Shown here piece after piece: positions 9,729-18,077 of a stretch of 64,000 nt of DNA (its first letter is position 1; each line of letters starts with the position of its first letter). The stretch covers positions 160,001 to 224,000 of the forward strand of contig OZ242029.1 in NCBI GenBank assembly GCA_965205015.1, written 5' to 3'. The position numbers and the translations under genes are program-made. The notes beneath the pieces were generated by a model, which saw only the letters and a list, made by a program, of their open reading frames with translations, was not told the origin of the DNA and did not search any database. The DNA comes from Candidatus Poribacteria bacterium. GTDB taxonomy: Bacteria > Poribacteria > WGA-4E > WGA-3G.

Positions 9729-10766
9729 ATGTATAAAACAGCGATGTTAGGGTGCGGTGGACGCGCCCGGGCGCACGCAGATGCCTATCGCTTCATCAAA
9801 AACGGTAAACTCGCCGCAATCTGTGATATGAACACAGAGTTACTCAACAGTTTCGGAGACGACTTCGGCATCTCTTCCCGATACACCGACCTCGACGAGA
9901 TGCTGGAAAAAGAGAAACCCGATGTCCTCCATATCGTCACAGCACCCGTGCTACGGGGTAGCAATGAGCGTATCCGCTATCCGCTGATGAAACAAGCCTC
10001 GGATGCCGGTGTGCCAGCCGCTATCGTCGAAAAACCGATTGCCGTTGAAAGCGAGGATTGGAAGCAAATTTCAGGACTTTCTAAGGAAACGAAAACGAAG
10101 TTTGTCGTCAATACGCAACTTAACTTCCATCCACAAAATCTGGAATTGAAGCGGGATGTCGCAGAAGGTCGCATCGGCGACATCAAATTTATTGATGCCA
10201 GCGCACGCAGTACCCCCGTCGATCAGGGACCCCATGTGCTGCAGCTTGTGTCCTCCTACATTGATAACTCGCGTCCCGTGCGAGTCCTCGGGCAAATCTC
10301 GGGTGCCGAACACTTGGACTCCGCTCAACCCTCTCCACAATATGCAAGTGCGCGCGTCCAGTACGAGAACGGACTTCACGTCTCTGTCGCATTCGGCACA
10401 GCCATCGCACCGACTGCCTCCGACGATCCGGTCGTCTTTTTCCACAAACGCGTTTTTGTCATCGGCGTGAAAGGGTTCGTGCATTGGCGATTCAGTAGCT
10501 GGGAACGCTCAACCCCGGAAAACGGCTATGAGGGCGGTCCGCTTAACTATGGAGAACAGGATGTCGCCGCACAAGGCAATCTCACCGAAGCCGTCTTTGA
10601 CTGGCTGGACGACGAGAGCAAAGTACATCCGACCCATCTTGAGCAATCGCTCGCCGAGTTCAATCTGCTTTTGGGAATTTACTATAGCGGTATCACAAAC
10701 GAGGTGATCGATCTCCCCTTTGATCCACCAGATGGGTTAATGGATAAACTGAGAGCCAAACTATAG
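9729..10766 (+). CDS. Gfo/Idh/MocA oxidoreductase, tandem copy 4
   Basis: MYKTAMLGCGGRA, IVEKP; AAGGAG SD. Confidence 0.9.
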   Translation: MYKTAMLGCGGRARAHADAYRFIKNGKLAAICDMNTELLNSFGDDFGISSRYTDLDEMLEKEKPDVLHIVTAPVLRGSNERIRYPLMKQASDAGVPAAIVEKPIAVESEDWKQISGLSKETKTKFVVNTQLNFHPQNLELKRDVAEGRIGDIKFIDASARSTPVDQGPHVLQLVSSYIDNSRPVRVLGQISGAEHLDSAQPSPQYASARVQYENGLHVSVAFGTAIAPTASDDPVVFFHKRVFVIGVKGFVHWRFSSWERSTPENGYEGGPLNYGEQDVAAQGNLTEAVFDWLDDESKVHPTHLEQSLAEFNLLLGIYYSGITNEVIDLPFDPPDGLMDKLRAKL

Positions 10767-10860
10767 GATACTTTGTGCCGCTTGGCACCGCATGCTCGTT
10801 TTCACCCGAAGGCGAGGTCCTCGCACCTCGCCACACGCTCGTTTAAACGGAGGCGTCACC

Positions 10861-11589
10861 ATGTCCCTTCCCAAAATTGTGTGTCTCACTTTTCTTCTCT
10901 TCGGCAGCGTCACGCTCGCAACAGATGCTGAATTGGTAGCCTACTGGTCATTTGACAAAGCAGACGGCGTAGATGACCTCACCGGCAACGGCCACGATGG
11001 GAACATCCACGGGAATCCGAAGGTCGTCGCCGGGAAGTTCGGTGAGGCATTAGAATTCAACGGTAGTACCGACTATGTAGAAATCCCTGACGCGCCGGCA
11101 ATCTCTGAACTCGAAGCGTTGTCTATGGCTGCGTGGATTCAGCCGCAAAAACTCGGTTCATGGGTTGCGGTTGCTGAGAAGGGGATTCACCTCAACTGGA
11201 GTTACGGTTTCTTCATTGAACCCGATGGGACACTCTCCTTTGAAGTTTCTACCGGTCCTGGCAACAATCTCGTCTGTTGTGTCGGTAATGTTAAAATGGA
11301 AATTGGAAAATGGTACCATATCTTCGGTTCATACGACGGTAAGTCCGTGAAGGCTTACGTTGACGGAAAACTCGAGGGTGAGATGCCGGGGGCTGATGCC
11401 GTCCATATTACCGAAGGGCTGCCCTTTACAATCGGCAGTCGCAACGGTCAGAACCATTTTGGGGGTGCCGTTGACGACGTGGCATTCTGGAACGAGGCGA
11501 TTTCCGTTGAGGACTCTATGGACCCACTTCCTGTGAAACCGGGCCGAAAACTCACAACGGCCTGGGGAGCAATAAAAACACGACACTAA
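10861..11589 (+). CDS. Secreted LamG-like jellyroll protein with C-terminal TWGxLK-type tag
   Basis: GGAGG SD before ATG 10861; signal peptide; LVAYWSFD, GKFGEALEFNG, WYHI; ends KLTTAWGAIK. Confidence 0.85.
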   Translation: MSLPKIVCLTFLLFGSVTLATDAELVAYWSFDKADGVDDLTGNGHDGNIHGNPKVVAGKFGEALEFNGSTDYVEIPDAPAISELEALSMAAWIQPQKLGSWVAVAEKGIHLNWSYGFFIEPDGTLSFEVSTGPGNNLVCCVGNVKMEIGKWYHIFGSYDGKSVKAYVDGKLEGEMPGADAVHITEGLPFTIGSRNGQNHFGGAVDDVAFWNEAISVEDSMDPLPVKPGRKLTTAWGAIKTRH

Positions 11590-11594
11590 AAAAA

Positions 11595-12446
11595 ATGGAA
11601 ACGAATCCTGAAAAATTTGCGAAACACGGTTACTTAGTTGTCCAATCGGCATTATCTGACTCAGATCTTGCCCCGTTAATCGCTGTTATCTCTGAAGCCG
11701 TCGATGCACGTGCCACCGAACTCTATAAAGAAGGGGTCATCTCGGATACCTACGAAGAAATGCCCTTTGAACGCCGTTGGCACGCTGTTTTAAAGGCGTG
11801 CGGCAGAGAAAACGAGGTCTTTGGCTGGCATACGCTTGTCTTCAGCGAGGCACTCTTTCATCTGATAACCCATCCGAAGGTGTTAGACATCTTGGAATCG
11901 CTCATCGGCGGTGATATCCAATTCAATGGCGATTTTTGGGTGCGTCCGAAACTCCCCAACGAAAAACTCACGACCCTCCCTTGGCATCAAGACAGTGCGT
12001 ATATGCCGGACACCGAAAACGATACGCATCTGACCGTTTGGCTCCCGCTCGTCGACGTTAAATTGGAGCATGGTCCCCTACAATTCCTACCGGGAAGCCA
12101 CAAATCAGGCTTACAAACCTATCACCGCGTGTCGGGTGAAGCGTTCGCCGTCCCGGTCCTCCCTCCCACCTCATCTGATACCGACATCGATACCTTAGAG
12201 ATGAAGAAAGGTGACCTACTCGTCTTTAACAATCTGGTATTCCATCGATCATTAGTGAATCACAGCGACAGCATCCGTTGGTCGACAGATTTTCGGTTCA
12301 GTCGCGCCGGTACCTCGCTAAACGGACTCTGGCACGAAGCGATCGCCTGTCCAGCTCGCGAGCGTGAAAGCAGGCAGTGCCCCACGTCATGGCAGACGTG
12401 GCGCGCCCAATGGGAAGTCAGTCCACACAAAGACAGATTTGTTTAA
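11595..12446 (+). CDS. Phytanoyl-CoA dioxygenase (PhyH) family 2OG-Fe(II) oxygenase
   Basis: PWHQD, LPGSHK, GDLLVF...HRS. Confidence 0.9.
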   Translation: METNPEKFAKHGYLVVQSALSDSDLAPLIAVISEAVDARATELYKEGVISDTYEEMPFERRWHAVLKACGRENEVFGWHTLVFSEALFHLITHPKVLDILESLIGGDIQFNGDFWVRPKLPNEKLTTLPWHQDSAYMPDTENDTHLTVWLPLVDVKLEHGPLQFLPGSHKSGLQTYHRVSGEAFAVPVLPPTSSDTDIDTLEMKKGDLLVFNNLVFHRSLVNHSDSIRWSTDFRFSRAGTSLNGLWHEAIACPARERESRQCPTSWQTWRAQWEVSPHKDRFV

Positions 12447-12480
12447 TCCTTCCGCTAAGATTGCCAATCTTAAAAATAGG

Positions 12481-12509
12481 TTGTATCTCCAGATTTTTTA
12501 TGCTATAAT
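12481..12509 (+). promoter_or_regulatory. Sigma70-like promoter
   Basis: TTGTAT-N17-TATAAT with extended TG. Confidence 0.55.
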
Positions 12510-12598
12510 TTAAAGTATACACAGCGTAAGAAATGTCTCAGGAGAATCGGGAACGCCTAAGTTTTATCGGTTCTTCTATCAACACATAGGAGGTTGTT

Positions 12599-13357
12599 TT
12601 GTTAAATCTAAGAATTATTACAGTTACCCTCAGTGTGCTACTCATACTGGGTAGCAGCATGCTCAGCTCCGCAGAAATCACTGAAGATATGATCGCGGCA
12701 GCATGGCTGTTTGAGGGCGATGCCGAAGATATGTCCGGAAACGGGTTTGATGGTGAGGTGAAAGGTGGAAACTTTGTCGCTGGGAAATTCGGTGATGCCA
12801 TCGAACTCGACGGCGCAGGCGATTGGGTCGAAATATCTGAACGGATCGGCTCATTTGAAGAAATTACCTTCACACATTGGGTTAAATCCACCGGACGGGA
12901 GGGCGCATGGCGTGTTTTCTTCAATGTCAACGGTTGGAAAGCCGGGGACATCCACTACCAGATGCACCCAAATAATAAAGTCGAGTTTTCCATTCACAGT
13001 AACCCAGGTGGGAACGACACTTTTGCGAACTATATGTTGGCAGGCGATCAGATGGATAAATGGGTCCATATCGCAACCGCCTATAGTGCCAAGGAAAAGA
13101 AAATCCGTTTTTACGTTAATGGCAAACTCAATGCTGAAAACGATTGGGGTGGAAACCCCGGTGTCCTCGATCCTGCCCGAATTGGTGACTGGAACCAAAG
13201 TCGACAATGGGAAGGGCTGTTAGATGAGTTCATCATCTTCAATACTGTCCTCGATAAAGATGACATAGAAGCGGTTATGAATGACGGTTTCGAGACGACC
13301 CTCGCTGTGGACGCGAAAGAAAAGTTGGCCGTCACATGGGGCAGTCTAAAAAAGTAA
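12599..13357 (+). CDS. Secreted LamG-like protein with TWGxLK tag
   Basis: TTG start with GGAGG SD; signal peptide; WLFEG, GKFGDAIELDG, WVHIA, GLLDE; ends LAVDAKEKLAVTWGSLKK. Confidence 0.85.
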   Translation: MLNLRIITVTLSVLLILGSSMLSSAEITEDMIAAAWLFEGDAEDMSGNGFDGEVKGGNFVAGKFGDAIELDGAGDWVEISERIGSFEEITFTHWVKSTGREGAWRVFFNVNGWKAGDIHYQMHPNNKVEFSIHSNPGGNDTFANYMLAGDQMDKWVHIATAYSAKEKKIRFYVNGKLNAENDWGGNPGVLDPARIGDWNQSRQWEGLLDEFIIFNTVLDKDDIEAVMNDGFETTLAVDAKEKLAVTWGSLKK

Positions 13358-13403
13358 GACGGAGAAGCGATCACCGAGTCGCATTTTCAAAAGGAAAATA
13401 AAT

Positions 13404-14243
13404 ATGCTTTTGGCAAAACGCTATCTGAATTATACGTTCATTGCAATTGTTGTTATTGCGCTCAGCTTCGTGGTGATGGCTACAAGCCACGCGGCGGATG
13501 AAGGCGATATTGCAGGGATGTGGACCTTTGAAGAAGGTAAAGGTAAAGAAGTAAAAGATCTTTCCGGTAACGGAACCGACGGTGAATTTGTCGGCGACCT
13601 GAAATGGGCGAAAGGCAAATTTGGTGGCGGATTAGAATTTAACGGGGCAGACACGTGGGTCAAACTCGGCACGAAGGGTGAAGATAAAACGTTAGCCGCT
13701 TTGGACTTCAAGGATTCTAAAGGGTTCTCAATCCATTCTTGGGTCTACGCTGCAGAGGATCCCACCGGGAAATGTGTCATATGGAAAGGGCTTGGATGTT
13801 CAACCTGGTCGCAGTTTTTACTCGGAACGGGCGCACACGAAAACGGGCAAAATAGCACACAGGCAGCATTCCATATCCGCGCCGCCAACGGTGGCGGGAA
13901 ACTTGAAGTCCTCGGTGATGAACTCCCGTCTAAAGAGTGGGTACATCTCGTCGGCACATGGGATGGCGCCCAACTCCATGTCTACGTCAACGGCAAACTA
14001 CAGAACTCCGAAGATGCAAAGGGACCGCCGTGGGCATCTCCCGAAGAGGTCTACATCGGTGCCGATCCGGGCTGTGGCAAACGCTGCCAGTGGAACGGTA
14101 TCATCGACGAAGTTGTTGTCTTCAACACGGTGCTCACGGATGATGAGGTCGTCAAACTCGGTGAGGGTATTGAAGGCTATTTAGCTGTTGAGGCAGCAGG
14201 AAAAATAGCGACAACTTGGGGTTCACTCAAATCTTCCCAATAG
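13404..14243 (+). CDS. Secreted LamG-like protein with TWGxLK tag
   Basis: Signal peptide; WTFEEG, GKFGGGLEFNG, WVHLVGTWDG, GIIDE; ends LAVEAAGKIATTWGSLK. Confidence 0.85.
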   Translation: MLLAKRYLNYTFIAIVVIALSFVVMATSHAADEGDIAGMWTFEEGKGKEVKDLSGNGTDGEFVGDLKWAKGKFGGGLEFNGADTWVKLGTKGEDKTLAALDFKDSKGFSIHSWVYAAEDPTGKCVIWKGLGCSTWSQFLLGTGAHENGQNSTQAAFHIRAANGGGKLEVLGDELPSKEWVHLVGTWDGAQLHVYVNGKLQNSEDAKGPPWASPEEVYIGADPGCGKRCQWNGIIDEVVVFNTVLTDDEVVKLGEGIEGYLAVEAAGKIATTWGSLKSSQ

Positions 14244-14346
14244 ATACGCACCGAAACGTCACTATACAGAGTGTTTGAAAATGAGATGTCTACCAAACTG
14301 AGGTGGGCATCTCCTCGTGAGTTGTATCCCGAAGGAGAACCTCAAA

Positions 14347-15054
14347 ATGAGAATCCAAAGACTGTGTGTTGTTAGTTTTTGGGTGGCTCTTCTGTTGTTT
14401 GGAAACGTAATGGCAGAGACACTCTTCTTTGATGATTTTGAGGGAAACGCTGAGATCGAATGGCCCGATGTGCCAGCGATAAAAATTGAAAAAGAGCCGG
14501 GCAATCCAGACAACACCGTCCTCGTTTTTGACACAAGAAACGATCAAACCCACGCCGATGCCCTCTTCCTTGAAGGGTTCGAGGATCTGACGGACTACAC
14601 AGTGCGAGCAAAATTCAATATCGTTGGTGAAACAGCGGATTTTGCCGCAATCGGTTTGATTGTACGGGCGCAGTTGGCAACCGAATATATGCTCGTCGAA
14701 CCGGCGAGAAAACGACTGTGTTGCGGAGATCCACGAGAAAACATCCTCAATGTCTTTGAACGCGGTGCGGGTTGGCCGATCGTCGCCAAAACGGACATCG
14801 ATATTGAACTCGACGAATGGCATGAACTGTCGGTCACTGTAGAAAACAAAAAACTAACTGTCTTCCTCGATGGCAAACAGATTGTTGAATACGGTAAAGT
14901 CCCTTATCCGAAAGGGGGTTTCGGCATCCGTGAGTGGAAATCTGAAACCCTCATCGATGATGTGGAGGTCTTTGATAAAGGCGGTTCAAGCCTTGCCGTC
15001 GAATCACGTGACAAACTTACCCTCACATGGGGAAAGTTGAAAGCTACACAGTAG
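14347..15054 (+). CDS. Secreted concanavalin-like beta-sandwich protein (DUF1080-like) with TWGxLK tag
   Basis: AAGGAG SD before ATG 14347; LFFDDFE, WHELSV, GGFGI, IDDVEV; ends LAVESRDKLTLTWGKLK. Confidence 0.7.
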   Translation: MRIQRLCVVSFWVALLLFGNVMAETLFFDDFEGNAEIEWPDVPAIKIEKEPGNPDNTVLVFDTRNDQTHADALFLEGFEDLTDYTVRAKFNIVGETADFAAIGLIVRAQLATEYMLVEPARKRLCCGDPRENILNVFERGAGWPIVAKTDIDIELDEWHELSVTVENKKLTVFLDGKQIVEYGKVPYPKGGFGIREWKSETLIDDVEVFDKGGSSLAVESRDKLTLTWGKLKATQ

Positions 15055-15105
15055 ATTCCCAGACCCGATTAAGAAACCAGAAACAGCCTAAAGGACACAC
15101 AATAC

Positions 15106-15894
15106 ATGGACTTAGGATTGAGTGGAAAACGCGCAATCGTTACCGGCGGTAGTCGAGGCATTGGTAGGCAGTGCGCGCTTGCCCTCGCACAAGAGGGTGT
15201 TCATGTCTGTATTGCCGCCCGAACACAAGACGCACTCCATCAAGTCCTCTCGGAACTTGAACAGACTGGATCCAAAGGACATACTGTCGCAGGCGATCTA
15301 AATATACCGGCGAATTGTGAGAAGGTGGTGCAGGAGACAATTGATCGCTTCGGTGGTGTCGATATCCTCGTCAACAATGTCGGTGCCGCTCGGAATGCCG
15401 ATATTTTGGCACTCTCACCAAACCTAATTGATGAAGCACTTTCCTTGAAAACTTATAGTTACCTTCGGATGGCACAACTGGTTATCCCCTACATGAAGGA
15501 AAGTCAGTGGGGACGCATCATCAACATCGCAGGTTCAGCCGGTACAAGCCCCACGCGTAGCAACATACCAACAGGGGCAGCCAACATCACGATTCTGAAC
15601 ATCACACGCGCACTCTCCGATGCTGTCGCCGGCGACGGCATCTTGGTAAATACCGTTTGCCCGGGATTGACGAACACCGGTCGAGCACGCACGCAGCAAG
15701 GTGCAAGAGCTGCACGTGAAGAACGTGATGTCGAGGCACTGTTACAGGAACTCGGGCAAGAACTTCCTGCGGGACGTATCGCGGAACCGGAAGAGATCGC
15801 GAACGTCGTAACATTTTTAGCCTCCGAAGCCTGCTCCTACATGTTTGGGAGCGCGCTTTATATGGATGGCGGCAAACGTCGTTCAACCCCATAA
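15106..15894 (+). CDS. SDR family oxidoreductase
   Basis: TGGSRGIG, DILVNNVG, NTVCPG; canonical YxxxK not evident. Confidence 0.85.
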   Translation: MDLGLSGKRAIVTGGSRGIGRQCALALAQEGVHVCIAARTQDALHQVLSELEQTGSKGHTVAGDLNIPANCEKVVQETIDRFGGVDILVNNVGAARNADILALSPNLIDEALSLKTYSYLRMAQLVIPYMKESQWGRIINIAGSAGTSPTRSNIPTGAANITILNITRALSDAVAGDGILVNTVCPGLTNTGRARTQQGARAAREERDVEALLQELGQELPAGRIAEPEEIANVVTFLASEACSYMFGSALYMDGGKRRSTP

Positions 15895-15933
15895 GGGTAT
15901 CAAAAAAGAATTACTTTGAAGGAGATTGTTCAA

Positions 15934-16707
15934 ATGAATATTGTTAAGCGTTTATCAACCCACAAATTTCTCCTCTTCACGCTGGTATATGCCGCTATTT
16001 TTGCCTGGACTTCCAGCAGCTTCGGCGAAGTTTTATACCTCGACGATTTCGAAGATGGAAAAATTGATGGCGACTATGAATTCAAGAACCATGACGGCGA
16101 TTGGGTAGAAAAGGGCGGCGTTATCAGTCAAACGCATGAAGCCCCCGGCGACCATACCTACCTCGTCTTAGACGGCGGTTTTCCAGAACCCCATACCGGC
16201 TTAGTCATGATTCGCGTCGATGATTGGGGAGACGGTGACCTTGCACGGTGTGGACTCGGATTTCGGCTTGATCCGGGGGATGCCTCCGGTTACGCCTTCC
16301 TGATTCACCATTTCCTCAACAACATGGAGTTCCTCAACGACCATCGCGCGTGGAAACAGAACGATACCGAACCGCCCTTCGGAGAGGTAGCACTCGGTAC
16401 ATGGTACTGGATGAAAGCCGAAATATCTGACAAGGGGTTTACTGGCAAAATCTGGGAAGATGGCGAAAATGAACCCAAAGACTGGCTTCTTGAAAGTAAA
16501 CTCGACTTCGGGGGTCCCAGACCTGAAAGCGGACAAGTCGGACTCAACGGGGGTTCAAGCAGAGGCGCACCCGCGTTGACCATTGTCTCATTTGACAACT
16601 GGGCTATTTGCGAGACAGCCGACGAGTGCACACCCGATGAGATCCTCGCTGTTCAGGCAACTGGCAAACTGCCAACCCTTTGGGGCGAGATCAAAGCACG
16701 CTACTAA
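15934..16707 (+). CDS. Secreted beta-sandwich protein with TWGxLK-type tag
   Basis: AAGGAG SD; signal peptide; LYLDDFEDG, WYWMKAE, GKIW; ends LAVQATGKLPTLWGEIK. Confidence 0.75.
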   Translation: MNIVKRLSTHKFLLFTLVYAAIFAWTSSSFGEVLYLDDFEDGKIDGDYEFKNHDGDWVEKGGVISQTHEAPGDHTYLVLDGGFPEPHTGLVMIRVDDWGDGDLARCGLGFRLDPGDASGYAFLIHHFLNNMEFLNDHRAWKQNDTEPPFGEVALGTWYWMKAEISDKGFTGKIWEDGENEPKDWLLESKLDFGGPRPESGQVGLNGGSSRGAPALTIVSFDNWAICETADECTPDEILAVQATGKLPTLWGEIKARY

Positions 16708-16709
16708 TA

Positions 16710-16813
16710 TAGTTATCAGTTCGCCTGCTCCGCAGGAAACCTTCAGTCTTCAGTTATCAGTAACAAGAAGGTTCTGTTCAACCAGAATCCTCTTTAACTG
16801 ATAACTGATAACC
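16710..16813. repeat. Heptamer-armed inverted repeat element (family B)
   Basis: AGTTATCAGT units on the left, AACTGAT units on the right, GGTTCTG/CAGAATC inner stem. Confidence 0.65.
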
Positions 16814-16873
16814 AAAGATCATTAATTCTGCCAACGACTCAGGACGTGGAGTCATATCCACACACATTAACGT

Positions 16874-17041
16874 ATGGGAACAATTTTATTCGTCATTTTC
16901 GGGATCGTCATTCTTGTTGTATGTATCCTGATTCTCTTCCAAATTTTGCAAGCAATTTTCGCCTTCCTATTTTCCGTCGCCCTCTTCATCGTTGTCGTTG
17001 GCGGCGCGTTTCTGATTCTCAGAAAAATTTTTAGAGGATGA
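16874..17041 (+). CDS. Small 55-aa two-helix membrane protein (absent from ORF track)
   Basis: Hand translation MGTILFVIFGIVILVVCILILFQILQAIFAFLFSVALFIVVVGGAFLILRKIFRG*. Confidence 0.65.
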   Translation: MGTILFVIFGIVILVVCILILFQILQAIFAFLFSVALFIVVVGGAFLILRKIFRG

Positions 17042-17108
17042 AAGCCCCTCGGACGTAAGGTTCGCTTGCACGTTCCCCATACATAAAAGAATCAAAGGAG
17101 ATTCACTT

Positions 17109-17903
17109 ATGTTGCAAAAGGCTATTCTTTTCTCACTAATCCTCGCAATTAGTTTTATCGGAACCAACCTCTCCGCGCAAATCGTCGAAGATGGACTGGT
17201 CAGTTATTGGAGTTTCGATGCAAACAACATCGACGGAAAGACCGTTAAGGACGGAACCGGCAATTACAACGGCTCTATCAAGGGGAATCTGAAAAAAGTC
17301 GGCGGTAAAATCGGCGACGCATTGGAGTTCGACGGAGACGAGGGAAATTTTGTCGAAATCGACAGTCCAGAAGAATTTGATTTCAACGCCGATTTCACTT
17401 GGTCGGCATGGATAAAAACCGATAATTCCGGACCCGGCGTCATCTTCGCCAAAACAGGCGGTCCCGGTACCGATGATAAGGGTCCCAAAACCCTATGGGT
17501 TCGTAATAGCGTCCTTAATCTCGACACCGGCTGGGTCGGTAACGTCGAAGATGTAGGAAACAACATCGACGATAATAAGTGGCACCATATCGCCATCGCA
17601 GGTACACCCGAGGATAGTAAGGTCCAATTCTTCGTTGATGGCGAAGCAACCGCCGAGGGTGTGCTGAACCTCGCCCAATTCCCTGAAGATGAATGGGCAA
17701 GTATCCATATGTTTATCGGTTTAGACGGTAGAGCCGACGGTGAATTCGGTGTGTTTACCGGTATCATAGACGAATTCAGCATCTACGATCGAGTCCTTGA
17801 CGAAGGCGAAGTCAATCAGAACTTCAAGTCTGACACAGGACTCGCAGTTGATCCCAACGGCAAACTCGCCGTGACATGGGGAACTCTCAAAGCACACCGA
17901 TAA
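17109..17903 (+). CDS. Secreted LamG-like protein with TWGxLK tag
   Basis: Signal peptide; GLVSYWSFD, GKIGDALEFDG, WHHIA, GIIDE; ends LAVDPNGKLAVTWGTLK. Confidence 0.85.
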   Translation: MLQKAILFSLILAISFIGTNLSAQIVEDGLVSYWSFDANNIDGKTVKDGTGNYNGSIKGNLKKVGGKIGDALEFDGDEGNFVEIDSPEEFDFNADFTWSAWIKTDNSGPGVIFAKTGGPGTDDKGPKTLWVRNSVLNLDTGWVGNVEDVGNNIDDNKWHHIAIAGTPEDSKVQFFVDGEATAEGVLNLAQFPEDEWASIHMFIGLDGRADGEFGVFTGIIDEFSIYDRVLDEGEVNQNFKSDTGLAVDPNGKLAVTWGTLKAHR

Positions 17904-17970
17904 GCGTTCTACCTTCCAGAGGCGCGTTCTGCAAACGCGCCTCTAAACATACCTGCACAATATCGTACAG

Positions 17971-18077
17971 GTTTGCGGTTAAGCCGTGGCAGGAGCCCGC
18001 AACAACGGCACGGATATACGCAGAGGCACGTGAATGCACAAATCTACTTTACCCAACCGCAAGGTAAAATTAAAAAA
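17971..18077 (+). repeat. About 105-bp dispersed MITE-like element (family A)
   Basis: TTGCGGTT...AACCGCAA inverted ends followed by GGTAAAATTAAAAA; body matches the reverse complement of 37526-37590. Confidence 0.6.

Noticed and set aside
6185-10766. Diversity-generating retroelement as the cause of the variable patches
   Set aside because: No reverse transcriptase or TR/VR pair in the window, and differences include indels and are not adenine-specific.
11269-11283. Vicinal Cys-Cys in two tagged proteins (LVCCV here, RLCCG near 14715) as a shared functional motif
   Set aside because: Different domain contexts and absent from the other five tagged proteins.
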